The notes: generated by a model from the letters alone, not told the origin. A stretch of DNA of 64,000 bases from an uncultured Verrucomicrobiae bacterium (GCA_963707025.1 CAVPOM010000004.1:480001-544000), one strand, 5' to 3'. Positions 1 through 9,909 are shown, counted from the stretch's first letter. Numbers and translations are program-made.

Positions 1-146
1 CAGCCGGCTGGCTCGGCGGCGGCCAGGGGCTCGATCCGCCCGATGGTCCGGCCATTGCGGGTGATGAGCAAAGACTCGCCCTGCTCAAGTTGGTTCAAGA
101 CCGCCTTGGTTTCCTGGTGCAATTGTTTTGCCGTGATGATGCTCAC
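1..146 (-). CDS. Phd/YefM-family antitoxin (type II TA), truncated by window edge
   Basis: Manual translation from GTG at 146: MSIITAKQLHQETKAVLNQLEQGESLLITRNGRTIGRIEP..., matching the Phd pattern (..L.....G....ITRNG.....I.P). Not in the supplied ORF track. Confidence 0.75.
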   Translation of the reverse strand, partial: MSIITAKQLHQETKAVLNQLEQGESLLITRNGRTIGRIEPLAAAEPAG

Positions 147-292
147 ATCCTGAAAGTAAGACCTTCAAAGTGTCTCCACAAGCCCAAGACTTTCCAGAAA
201 AGCACTTCGTCCATTTCCTGGCGGAAGAACCAGCTCTGGATTCCCTGCGACGGCTGCTTGGGATTCCACCCATCCGGTATCAAGTTTCGAGT

Positions 293-2922
293 CTATGGCA
301 CTTCGGGAAGCAGGCCGCTTTCCAGTGGGACGGGCTTTGCCTCCAGGCGCGCGACGGCGGGTTCCAGGCCGGGCCGGGCGGCGGTGAGGGTGATGACGCC
401 GGGAGTCAGGGTCGAACGGATCGCCACGCGGTTGATGCCGCACTCGGTGTCGAGGTACAACTTGTTGACAGAGTTTGTCCGGCCGCTGTTGTAACCGCCG
501 CGCCAAGTCGCCGGGCCGGTTACGCTGAAATCCACGCGGGCGGCGTCGGTCGGGCAGCGGCGGCCCTGGGCGTCCACGGCCTCGATGTCGAAAAAGGCCA
601 CGTCGGAGGCGTCGGCTTGCAGGCCGTTGGGGCCGGTATGCGCAGTGAGCTTCAGGCGCCTGGGTTCGCCGGCGGTTTGGATTTCGTCCTGGGCGGCGGT
701 TTGGCCATTGCGGGTGGCGACGGCCTTGATGGCGCCGGGTTCAAATTTGATTTCCGGGAAGGCAAAAATATAGCCGGTGTCTCCGTAATCAGTGGTTCGG
801 TTGTTGTAGGTGTCCACGAAGTGCAACGGCTGGCGGGCCGCGCCCAAAGATTTGCCGTTGACGAAAAGTTCCACCGCGTCGCAATGACTGGCCGCGACGA
901 AAATGGTTTTCACCGTGTTGGACGGGTAGGTCCAGTGGCCGATAATGTGGATGTCCGGGTCCGGGTTTTGCATGACGCGATAGACATAATAGGCCTGCTT
1001 GGGCAGGCGCACCGCATCCACTTTGCCGCTGACGCGGCAGACTTCGCTGCTGTCCTGGCGGCCGTCGGCGTTGGCATCGGACCAGTAAATGGAGGCGTAG
1101 CCGGACCATTTGGAGTGGGCCGGGTCCGGGTTGGAAATGCGGTTGCTGAAGTAATCGTGGTAGCGGGCGGCGGCGGCCAGGCAGAAAGTCTCCGAGTTCC
1201 AGTGATAAGTGTCTTTGGGGCCGGGCTTGAAGCCGTAGTGGGGAGGGGAGAAGTCGTCCCAGAATCTCCGGGCGGCTTCGTCGCGAAAATCCTCCGTCTC
1301 GATCAGCGGCGCCTTGTCGCGGCGTTCGGCGCTGTAGCCGCGAAAGATGTCGGTTTTCCCGCTCAACCGGTCGGTGCGCGGGTCCTGGCCGATCATCACG
1401 CCGTAGTACTCCGCAATGGGCGTCAGGGCGGTGTTGGCCGCGTTGTCGCTGTTGCCGCGCGTGCCCATGACGCGGCCGCCCTCGGGGTCCCATTGCTGGC
1501 GCAAGGCCACCATCTGCCGCATGTGCTCCGGCGTCACCACCGTGTTGCCCGCTTCCCAGAAAACTATGCTGGGCGTGTTGCGATAGAAGATGATGGAGTC
1601 GCGCATGACTTCCAACCGCTGTTGCCATTGCAGCGCGGCGACATCCGGCGGCAGACGGCGATCCAGAACCGGGTCGCCCTCCTTGTCGCCGGCGGGACAG
1701 ACTTCAATGAGGCCGGCTTTGTCGCAGGCCGAGACATCGGCGCGCTGGGGCGAGATGTGCATCCAGCGGACGTAGTTGGCGTGGGTGCTGCGCACCAGCG
1801 CGGCGTTGAAGTCATGCATCCAATCCGGATAGGCCTGGCCCAGCCCGGCCCAATCGTCCGAGGCCCGTTGCGCGTAGCCGGTGAGCCAGACGAAATGGTC
1901 GTTCAGCCAGACGCCGCCCTGGCCCGCGCCGCCCTTGAATTCAGCCTTGCGAAAGCCGGTGCGCGTCCGGCAAACGTCCACCACTTTGTCGTTGACCGTC
2001 AGGACCGTGTAAACGTCGTAGAGATACGGATCGTTCACATCCCAGAAACGCGCGGCCGCCAGCGGCCCGCCGGCGGCGAGGGTTCCGGTCTGGCCGCCGT
2101 CCAAAGCAGAGGCCTCCCCTTGGAATTTGGCCCGCACCACGCCCCCGGCGTCCACCACCACGGCGGACAAGGCGACCGATTGGGCATCGGCGGATTCATT
2201 GCGCACCTGCGACTGGATGGACAGATCGCAGCTTTTATTGGCGATGGAAAAATGCGACGGAACGATGTAAAGGCCCGTCGTCTTGAGGTTCTCGTAGAGG
2301 GGCAGGGTTTGATAGATCTTGCCCGTCAGGATCAGGCGGATGTCATGATTCAGCCCGCCGTAGTTGGGATTGAAGGCCCGGCCCATCCATTCAAATTCCG
2401 CGCCGGATTCCTCCTTGTAATTGTTGCTGTTGTCCACTTTGACGGCCAGGAGGTTGTCGGCGCCGCCAAAATTCACCAGTTCGGTCAGGTCCAGCCCGCA
2501 GGGGGTGATGCCGTTTTCGTATTTGCCGGCGAATTTGCCGTTGACCCAAAAACGGCCCGCTTGTTTGAGCCCTTCAAACTCCAAAAAAACTTTCCCGCCT
2601 GCCGCCTGGCCGGCAGCTTGAAATGCTTGCGATACCAGGCGATGCCCGCGTAGGGGCGCCGGTCGCCGCCGCTGTGGTCAATGAGGCCCTGGTAAGAGTC
2701 GGTGTCGTTGTAAGTGTGCGGCGCGCTCACGCTCGCCCAGGCCGAGTCGTCGCAATCCATCTGTTGGGCATTGGCGGCATCCTCGCGGATGAATTTCCAG
2801 CCGGCGTTAAAATTATAAATGGCGCGCGGCGAAGGCGGGGGCGCGAAGGGCGGGCTGCCGGCGCCAGCGGCCAGCGCCCCGGCGGCCAGCAACCCGGCGG
2901 CAAGAGCGGTTGCAGTTTTCAT
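293..2922 (-). CDS. Secreted glycoside hydrolase family 2 (beta-galactosidase-like), one frameshift near 2605
   Basis: Signal peptide MKTATALAAGLLAAG and YNFNAGWKF...WYRKHF in ORF 2485..3273. Continues as VFLEFEG...RNTPSIVFWEAGN...KVDAVRLPK in ORF 293..2584. Confidence 0.85.
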
Positions 2923-2986
2923 TTTGTGATATTCTGCAAGGTAAAACGGCGGCAGCACTCGGTCGAGGGAATTATGGGTGTACGCC

Positions 2987-3023
2987 AAAAAGCCCCCGCC
3001 CAGTCTTGCGACTGCGCGGAGGC
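2987..3023 (-). terminator. Intrinsic terminator
   Basis: Minus strand reads GCCTCCGC-G-CAGTC-GCAA-GACTG-G-GCGGGGGC-TTTTT: a long GC stem followed by a U tract. Confidence 0.85.
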
Positions 3024-3840
3024 AAATTGGGGATGGGAGTTCGCCACTCTCTCTTTCCCACGCTGACATTAGGCGCGCCCTCGCGGGGCTGCCAGCTTCC
3101 CGACGCCATTCTCCACGGCAAGCGGAGTCTTCGGCCTCATAGCAGGGCCGTCCAGCGCCTTGCGGTCGCTGAATCATCGAGTGAGGCTTTTCAGCTCGCT
3201 TGGGCTGGTGGTTGCGACACCGGCTTGCGAACCAGGTGAAGACACGCTTGTGACTGCGGTTCCGCGTCTTCACCGTTTAGCGCTGGGTCGGCCGCCGCTT
3301 TTGGCGGCGCGTTGGCCCAGTGCCACGGGTCTCGCCTCTTATCTCTCAGGTTGCATTTCGCTCACAAGCCAGCGGCGCCGTTTTTAACATCGCCGGCCTT
3401 TTGGAAGGTTTTCACGAGACCATGCCTGGGCCTGCGTGTCCTTCCCGGTTGCGAAGACGCCGCTTTGTCCCGCCTTTCGGCGTCTTTACTGGCGACCGGT
3501 TGCAGAGGCCGGCAGAGTCGCTCCTTCCGTGCTGATGCGCAGTAGCAACCGTTTACCCTCTGGGTAACTGCGATTCCCCCAGGCCCGAAACCTGCCTGAG
3601 CTACTTGACCCGGCTCGGAACGGTTTCTCTTTCGTTCCTGGCCGCTCAGTTCCTCTTTCGCGTTACTGACGGCGCGCGAACGCCGCCAGAGGAACTGGTG
3701 AATTCTGCCTCCGGTCTCCGCTCCTTGCGAAGCGGACTTAGAGGGGCTGGGCCAACCAGCCTGACTCAACCTTTCCCCAGTCACCTGGGATTATCTTGGA
3801 TGTTCCGCAACTTTCTTGCGTCCGCCGCGGGCATCCGCGT
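3024..3840 (-). ncRNA. Candidate large structured non-coding RNA (~800-850 nt), family unassigned
   Basis: No credible CDS. Minus-strand hairpins: CCCAG-GTGA-CTGGG (3776-3789), TCCGCTTC-GCAA-GGAGCGGA (3717-3736), CAGTTCCTCT/AGAGGAACTG (3647-3697), CAGGT-TTCGG-GCCTG (3580-3594), CGCC-GAAA-GGCG (3471-3482), GGTGAAGACGCG/CGTGTCTTCACC (3235-3274), CAGCG-A-CC-GCAA-GG-CGCTG (3153-3171), CCC-GCGA-GGG (3078-3087). Ends at a terminator. Confidence 0.7.
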
Positions 3841-3841
3841 T

Positions 3842-3869
3842 CTTTCAAGGAACTGTCCACAAATTAGCA
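3842..3869 (-). promoter_or_regulatory. Putative extended -10 promoter plus boxA-like element for the candidate ncRNA
   Basis: Minus strand TG-C-TAATTT (3869-3861), then AGTTCCTTGAAAG (3854-3842), resembling the rrn boxA type GTTCTTTGAAAA. Confidence 0.45.
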
Positions 3870-4037
3870 CAACTGGCAAAAAAAAGTATCAAATGTTATG
3901 CACAGGTTTGTTCACCGCCGACCCCACTTATTCACCGCCGCCCGCCGCCACAATCCTCAACATTGACGGGCTTTTTTCCGCATTCAGTCAACATAATTCC
4001 GACGCCCGATCCGCCGCGCCCCGCCCGCGGTGGATAA
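3853..4037. promoter_or_regulatory. Cluster of DnaA-box-like 9-mers
   Basis: TTATGCACA 3896-3904 (fits TTATNCACA), TTATTCACC 3928-3936, TTGTTCACC 3908-3916, CTGTCCACA 3853-3861, and reverse TTATCCACC 4029-4037. Confidence 0.45.
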
Positions 4038-4081
4038 GTTTTTTTCGCAAAAACCGCGAAATCCTGCCGGAGCGCCGGCCC

Positions 4082-4312
4082 TCAGGCCGCCGCCGGCGCC
4101 GCCGGCGCCACCGGGGCCGCTGCCGCTGCTGGGGCCGTTGCTGCCGCCGGGGCCGCCGCCGCCGCTGGGGCCGTTGCTGCCGCCGGGGCTGCCGCCGCCA
4201 CTGGCGCTGCAACGGCCTTCTTCGGCGGTTTGGTCTTGGCAGCGGTCTTTTTGCGTTTGATGTGTGCGACGCGCCGCTGGCGCTTGAGGACTTTGTTATA
4301 TTGCTTGCCCAT
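4082..4312 (-). CDS. Small basic protein (76 aa) with Lys/Arg-rich head and Ala/Pro repeat tail
   Basis: MGKQYNKVLKRQRRVAHIKRKKTAAKTKPPKK followed by APAAATAPAAAA x2 (36-bp tandem unit, ~4113-4190). Confidence 0.7.
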   Translation of the reverse strand: MGKQYNKVLKRQRRVAHIKRKKTAAKTKPPKKAVAAPVAAAAPAAATAPAAAAAPAAATAPAAAAAPVAPAAPAAA

Positions 4313-4355
4313 AATTCGTTGCCTTATGCTCGGTTCAGTTGTTAATTGGAGCAAT

Positions 4356-4925
4356 ATGAAGTTTTGGCTGCGTTCATTCAATATCTATTTGTTGGCGGCT
4401 GCGGCCGCTCTGGCCAGCGGCTGCGGTTCAAACTTCTTCGGCATGAAAAAGGAATACTCCACTTTGCGCGTTTATTTGGAGGGGTCCCCGGCCGAGTCGT
4501 CCATGGTCTATGTGACGCGCGCCAAGACCCCCATGTACGTCGCCGCCGAGCCGTTCCTCACCGAAGAGGATGTCAGCCGGGCCAAGCTGGTGGACAATCC
4601 GGACGACACCTTCGACATCCAAATCACCTTCAATGATCACGGCGCGCTGGTGCTGGACATGACCACCACCACCAGCCGGGGCAAGCATCTCATCATCTTT
4701 TCGCATTTTCCCCCGAAAGGCTGGAAGCAACCGCAGGACACCGGCGTTGACGCCGTGGCCAAGCCCGAGCCGGGGCAGCCCCGCGTTTCCGGCTGGCTGG
4801 CCGCGCCCTTGATCCGGACCGGCCTGTCCAATGGCTCGCTCAAGTTCACCCCGGACGCCACCCACGAGGAGGCGGAACGGATCGTGCGGGGATTGAACAA
4901 CACGGTGGCGGATGCGGATAAATAG
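4356..4925 (+). CDS. Lipoprotein resembling a stand-alone SecDF P1 head subdomain
   Basis: Lipobox LASGC. FLTEEDVSRAKLV...IQITFNDHGALVLDMTTTTSRGKHLIIF...AAPLIR resembles the SecD P1 head pattern. Confidence 0.6.
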   Translation: MKFWLRSFNIYLLAAAAALASGCGSNFFGMKKEYSTLRVYLEGSPAESSMVYVTRAKTPMYVAAEPFLTEEDVSRAKLVDNPDDTFDIQITFNDHGALVLDMTTTTSRGKHLIIFSHFPPKGWKQPQDTGVDAVAKPEPGQPRVSGWLAAPLIRTGLSNGSLKFTPDATHEEAERIVRGLNNTVADADK

Positions 4926-4939
4926 GCCTGGCCACTGCT

Positions 4940-5952
4940 ATGTCGCGGATGCGGTTATTTTTTTTGGCGGCGGCGGTTTTGGGGTGGAGCGCGGCGGTCC
5001 GGGCGCAGCCGTTTTTTTTGCCGACGGCCAATCACGCCTTGTTCGAGAAGGGGAAGGAGGCGGATTTTTTTGTGCCCACGCCCGGCAAGACGTGGGAAAC
5101 CGGCTGCTTCGGCTGCGTGCGCACCGACCGCCGGCAAATGCACGAGGGGCTGGACATCAAATGCCTGCAACGCGACAGCCGCGGCGAACCGGCCGATCTG
5201 GTCCTGGCCACCGCCGCCGGCACGGTGGTTTACCTCAACGACCGCCCGGCCCTTTCCAATTACGGGCGTTATCTGGTCCTGCGCCATCTCATCGGCGGCA
5301 TGGAAGTCTATTCCCTTTACGCCCATTTGCACTCCCTGCGTAGCGATCTCAAGGCCGGCCTGGCGGTGCAGGCGCAGGAACCGGTGGCCGTGATGGGCCG
5401 GACCTCCAACACGGCGGAAACCATTTCCAAGGAGCGGGCCCATGTCCATTTTGAGTTGAATTTGTTTTACAGCGATCATTTCGCCGCCTGGTACAAAACG
5501 CATTTTCCCGGGGAACGCAATGATCACGGAGTGTGGAACGGGGAAAACCTGGTGGGGTTCGACCCGAGCCTGGTCCTGCTGGCCGAGCGGGAGGAGGGGA
5601 CAAATTTCGACTTGACATCCTGGCTGCAACACCGCGCCGCCTTGTGCCGCGTGCTCGTGCGCAAGACCGATGTGCCCTGGGTCAAGCGGTATCCCATGCT
5701 CCTCGCCCCCAATCCGACCGCGCAAAAAGAGGGCGTGGCCGGATATGAAATCGCGCTGGACTACAACGGCCTGCCCTTCGCCTGGGTGCCGCGCGCCGCC
5801 TCCGAGATCAAGGGGCCCGCCAAATACCGCCTCCTCTCCGTCAACGAAGCGGAGGAAACGCAAAACCCCTGCCGCAGGCTGGTCCGGCAGCAGGCCGCCG
5901 CTGGCAACTGGCCCCCTACGGCATCAGCTTGCTGGACCTGTTGACGCAATGA
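4940..5952 (+). CDS. M23 family metallopeptidase, probable frameshift near 5890
   Basis: Signal peptide; HEGLD (HxxxD), YAHL and HVHFE (HxH). An alternative frame gives the plausible end RRWQLAPYGISLLDLLTQ* at 5952. Confidence 0.85.
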
Positions 5953-5964
5953 GGTCATGCCGCC

Positions 5965-7080
5965 ATGAAAAGAACCAGGCCCGTCCTTCTCGCCGCGCTG
6001 CTCCTGGCCGCCCCGGCGGCGGTGCAGGCCCAATTCAGTTACACGACCAATAACGGCGCGATCACCCTCACCGGATACACGGGGGCCGGGGGTGCGGTGG
6101 TCATTTCCAATTTCGTCACCGGCATCGGCGGGTTTGCGTTCTATAACAACACCAGCCTGACCGGCGTCACCATTCCCGGCAGCGTCACCAGCATCGGGGA
6201 AGGCGCGTTCTTTTACTGCACCAACCTGGCCGGCGTCGCCATTCCCGGCAGCGTGGCCGGCATTGGCGACTATGCTTTCGATAGCTGTTTCAGCCTGACC
6301 AACGCCACCATTGCCGACGGCGTCACCAACATCGGGCAGGCGGCGTTCGAGGAGTGCTCCAGCCTGGGCAGCATCACCGTTCCTGGCAGCGTGGCCAGCA
6401 TCGGGCCGTCGGCTTTCGATAGCTGCTTCAGCCTGACCAACGCCACGGTTGACTTCGGCGTCGCCAGCATCGGGGCGGCGGCCTTCTCTTACTGCGAAAG
6501 GCTGGCCGGCGCCGCCATTCCGGCCAGCGTCACCAACCTCGGCGACCATGCGTTCTATTACTGCTACCTCCTGACCAATGTCACCATTCCGGAGAGCATC
6601 ACCAGCCTCGGGGAATCTGCGTTTCAGAACTGCTCCAGCCTGGCCGGCGTCACCATTCCAGGCAGCGTCACCAACCTCGGCGAGGCGGCGTTCTCCGATT
6701 GCGCCAGCCTGGCCGGCGTCTATTTCAAGGGCAACGCTCCCGCCGCGGATTCGTCCGTGTTTGCTTCCGACAGCAACGCGACGGTCTATTATTTGCCTGG
6801 CGCCACCGGCTGGAGTTCGCCCTTTGCCGGCCTGCCGGCCCTGCTGTGGAACCCGAAGATCCAAACCGGCGACGGCAGCTTTGGCGTGCAAAACCAGCAA
6901 TTTGGATTCAACATCACCGGGACCGCCAACATCCCCATCGTGGTGCAAGCCAGTGCAAGTCTGGCCAACCCCGTTTGGACTCCGCTCCAGACCCTCACCC
7001 TCACCAACGGTTTGTACTATTTCAGCGAACCTTATCAGTCGAACCTCTCCGCCCGCTTCTACCGCATCACTTCCCAATGA
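5965..7080 (+). CDS. BspA-type leucine-rich repeat surface protein with ...RFYR C-terminal domain
   Basis: Signal peptide; ~8 repeats of type VTIPGSVTSIGEGAFxxCxxL; ends FSEPYQSNLSARFYRITSQ. Confidence 0.9.
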   Translation: MKRTRPVLLAALLLAAPAAVQAQFSYTTNNGAITLTGYTGAGGAVVISNFVTGIGGFAFYNNTSLTGVTIPGSVTSIGEGAFFYCTNLAGVAIPGSVAGIGDYAFDSCFSLTNATIADGVTNIGQAAFEECSSLGSITVPGSVASIGPSAFDSCFSLTNATVDFGVASIGAAAFSYCERLAGAAIPASVTNLGDHAFYYCYLLTNVTIPESITSLGESAFQNCSSLAGVTIPGSVTNLGEAAFSDCASLAGVYFKGNAPAADSSVFASDSNATVYYLPGATGWSSPFAGLPALLWNPKIQTGDGSFGVQNQQFGFNITGTANIPIVVQASASLANPVWTPLQTLTLTNGLYYFSEPYQSNLSARFYRITSQ

Positions 7081-7301
7081 GCCGTGCCTTCAGAACATTC
7101 CTCGCCGTGCTGACAAAACCCCGCTGCGTGGGTCCGCCAGGCACCTGGCGGCAGGCCATCCGATCCGCGCTCGTTCAACAGCTTTTGGTCCAGGCGTTCA
7201 CCAGCATGATACTCGATGGAGGTGTTCTATGCTGCATCTGCTGTTTGCTCGACATTATCAGCGGAAAGCCAAATGACGTTGGGACGTTTTGTTTGCTATT
7301 G
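7077..7301 (+). pseudogene. Possible truncated membrane-protein gene running into a repeat element
   Basis: ATGA overlap with the LRR gene stop; MSRAFRTFL...ALVQQLLVQAFTSMILDGG, then the frame enters the palindromic element. Confidence 0.3.
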
Positions 7302-7522
7302 GCAATCCCAACGGGATTGCATCTTGCAGCCCACGGTTGCGAGGAACGAGCTACCCTGGGTGAGATCGCAGAAGAATCACCACCCTGCAAGGGTTGGATC
7401 TGTTTCCTCAGGCTTTGATATTCGACCCTTGCAGGGTTGTGTAACTTGAATGCATTGACCCACGGTAGGCCTCTGGAAATCGGCCAACCTTGGGCTGAGT
7501 GATTCAATCCCTTCGGGATTGC
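7302..7522. repeat. Nested palindromic REP/REPIN-like element (~220 bp)
   Basis: CAATCCCAACGGGATTG (7303) and CAATCCCTTCGGGATTG (7505) at the ends; inner inverted pairs CAGCCCACGGTTG/CAACCTTGGGCTG and CTACCCTGGGT/ACCCACGGTAG; central ACCCTGCAAGGGT and ACCCTTGCAGGGT. Confidence 0.8.
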
Positions 7523-7934
7523 ACGACGGTTATGGGCCGCGATTTGATGAACCAGCCGTTTCGTTGTTTCCGGCTGTGCGGCCACGTCTGGTTTCAGGAA
7601 TCGAAAAATTCGATGCAGGCACATTTTTTATCAATTTAAGCATTTAGCAGGCCGGGTTTACGGTTGCGACATGAGAATACTGAAACGCCTGCGCTTTCTC
7701 GCCAGCACTCTGTTGGCACTGTTGACCTCCGGCTGCCTGATTGTTGAGCTCGCGCCCTCGCACTCCTCCTGGCCAAAACCCGTCGCAGCGAAAGATCTTC
7801 GGCAGTTCGAGGGGGTCTATCGAAACCACAGTCTCGAGGCCGGGAGCGACTTGGACTTGGAGCGCGGCACCCAACTTTTCGACTTCCTTGCCGGCCAAGG
7901 CCATTCCCACGGCGACAACGGAATGCGGGTCGAA

Positions 7935-9412
7935 TGAGGTGGACCCCATCCTTTAGACCACGGAGCGCGGAGAATAAGATAGACTCTGGAGGTCCGCTGT
8001 CATTTGTATTTTTGTTTGTCTGTTGTTCATTCCGCGCTTCCAAACCCTTTCGAAAAGAGAGAACGAGCCGCGCCTGGCACCGCCCGTCCTCCCTCTCCGT
8101 TTTCTTAGGGTTTCCAACCTTACCGCCGCAGGCGGTCTGATTTCAAGTTTTTCCGGCCTGCCTAGCCCTCCTTGGGCTGCATCGCTTCCCATCGGGCCGG
8201 TTGGGCTCCGTAGGCCCCGGGATCAGAATACACGGCCGCGGGCGTCGCATAGTGCAAAGCCGCGTGCGGACGCAACCGGTTGTAATCCTCAAACCAGCGC
8301 GCCAGCCCGCGCCCGGCCTCGATCCCGTCCAGGTAATCTTGCAGATATATGTCCTCATGCTTGACGCTCCGCCACAACCGCTCGATAAACCGGTTGTCCA
8401 TCCACCGCCCCCGGCCATCCATGCTCACGTCCACCCCCGCCGATTCCACCGCGTCGATATACAGCGGCGAAGTGAACTGCGACCCCTGGTCGGTGTTGGC
8501 GATCAGCGGGGCCTTCCGCCCGCTCTACAGCGCCGCTTCCCAGGCGTCCACGCAGAAGGCGCTCTCCAACGTGTTGCTCAAGCGCCACGCCAGCACATAC
8601 CGGCTCCACCAATCCATCACCGCCACCAGATACATAAACCCCTGTGCCATCGGCACATAGGTGATGTCCGCGCACCAAGCCTGATCGGGCCCGGTGATCT
8701 CCAACTCGCCCAACAGATACGGATAGATCTGATGGCCCGGCCCCGGCAGGCTGGTCCGGGGTTTGCGGTAGATGGCCTCGATGCCCATGACCCGCAACAG
8801 CCGCACCACCCGCTTGCGATTGACTTCCCAGCCCTCCCGGCCCAACAGCACCCGCAACTTGCGGCTGCCATAGACCGGATGGTCCAAGTGCAACTGGTCC
8901 AAACGCCGCATCAGCGCCAGATTCTCCGGCGTCTCGGGGCACGGTTGGTAATAGTAACTGCTCCGGCATAAATCCAGCAGGTCGCACTGATGCCGCACGC
9001 TCACCTGCGCATCCGGGCCGACCAACTCCGCCAGGCTCTTTAAAGGCCCAGTTGTTTGGATTTTTTTTTCAGCCAGTCCAGGTCCACCGTCAACTGCCCG
9101 ATCTTCTGGTGCAATTGCCCGATCAACTCCTCCTGGTCCTGCGCTGCCCGCATGCCCCGCCTCAAACAGGTCGGGCAACCGGTCGCGAATCGTCGCTTTC
9201 CATTGCGTGACCTGGGTCGGATGCACCGCGTACTCTCGCGCCAGCTGCGCGACCGTCTTAAGCCCCACCAGGGCTTCGAATCCCACTTTGGCCTTGAAGG
9301 CCGCACTGTGCCGCTTCCGTTTTGTTTTCATCAGTCTGCTTTCTCTCATTTCCAGCAGACCAACAAAAGTCTATCTTCTTCAGCAGTGGTCTAGTTTTTG
9401 GGGACCCCCTCA
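7935..9412 (-). mobile_element. IS3-family insertion sequence, 1478 bp, 3-bp target duplication GAA
   Basis: TG...CA ends; imperfect 27-bp IRs TGAGGTGGACCCCATCCTTTAGACCAC and TGAGGGGGTCCCCAAAAACTAGACCAC (20/27); GAA at 7932-7934 and 9413-9415. Confidence 0.95.
8162..9331 (-). pseudogene. IS3-family transposase OrfAB, degraded
   Basis: OrfA MKTKRKRHSAAFKAKV...LDWLKKK with A9 slippery site (9061-9069); OrfB DDE motifs WCADITY, NTDQGSQF, IERLWRSVK. Extra base near 9160 and in-frame TAG at 8525-8527. Confidence 0.9.
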
Positions 9413-9877
9413 GAACTCCATTTTGCGCCAGACGGGAGTTCGTTGCACGTACGCTTGTTTGACCGGCAAGACCGCGAGATTGATTCCGCCACCTTGCAGC
9501 GCGGCGCGGCTTTCGCTTTCTCCGATGGGGCACTGGTGCTTTACGGCCCTTTTTCGGGCCTGCGGAATAATTCCGGCAACTTCGGCCCTAACGCACAATA
9601 TCAACGAGACAAATTGCACCTTGCGTCAACCGGCGGCCTCCTTGGGCACGAACGCCAGGATGAGGTTGGACTTTTATTCGACGTTATTCCTGTGGCAAGC
9701 ACGAGTGGATCATCCATGTTTTGGCCCAAGCTCGCCCCATGAGGATTTTGTGTCAACGCTCCGTGCCGGTGTCCATCCTCACTATAACGGCTCCTCTGGC
9801 GCAGTGCGCCGTTCAGACTCTTGCGGCAGTTCGCGACGGCTTGCCGCGCTGACCTTCGGCGTCTTTCCGTGGCCCAC

Positions 9878-9909
9878 CACTCCATCACTCCATCACTCCA
9901 CCACTCCAT
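9878..9909 (+). repeat. 8-bp tandem repeat CACTCCAY x4
   Basis: cactccat cactccat cactccac cactccat. Confidence 0.9.

Larger units (their letters stand above)
7671..9742 (+). pseudogene. Lipoprotein gene (196 aa when rejoined) interrupted by an IS3-family element
   Basis: 7671-7934 MRILKR...LTSGC...MRVE joins in frame to 9416-9742 LHFAPDG...FWPKLAP* once the IS and one GAA copy are removed. Confidence 0.85.

Noticed and set aside
2585..2615. Programmed frameshifting in GH2 and the other split genes
   Set aside because: Breaks are scattered without consistent slippery sites; sequencing error is simpler. Only the IS3 A9 site is accepted as programmed.
170..2653. Long antisense ORFs (also 12732..14333, 16991..18292, 24997..26769, 47904..48902)
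   Set aside because: They mirror well-supported genes on the other strand; typical high-GC shadow ORFs with no motifs.
3024..3840. RNase P RNA, tmRNA, rRNA, group II intron or riboswitch identity
   Set aside because: No GAGGAAAGTCC-type P4 motif, no tRNA-like ends, no domain V, no recognisable aptamer. A cis-leader role for the GH2 gene is not excluded but seems less likely given the size.
2910..4345. ORFs 2910..3239, 3362..3784, 3605..4345 and the 5' extension of 2485..3273
   Set aside because: Arg/Ser/Pro-rich, motif-free and crossing a terminator or promoter; RNA structure explains the region better.
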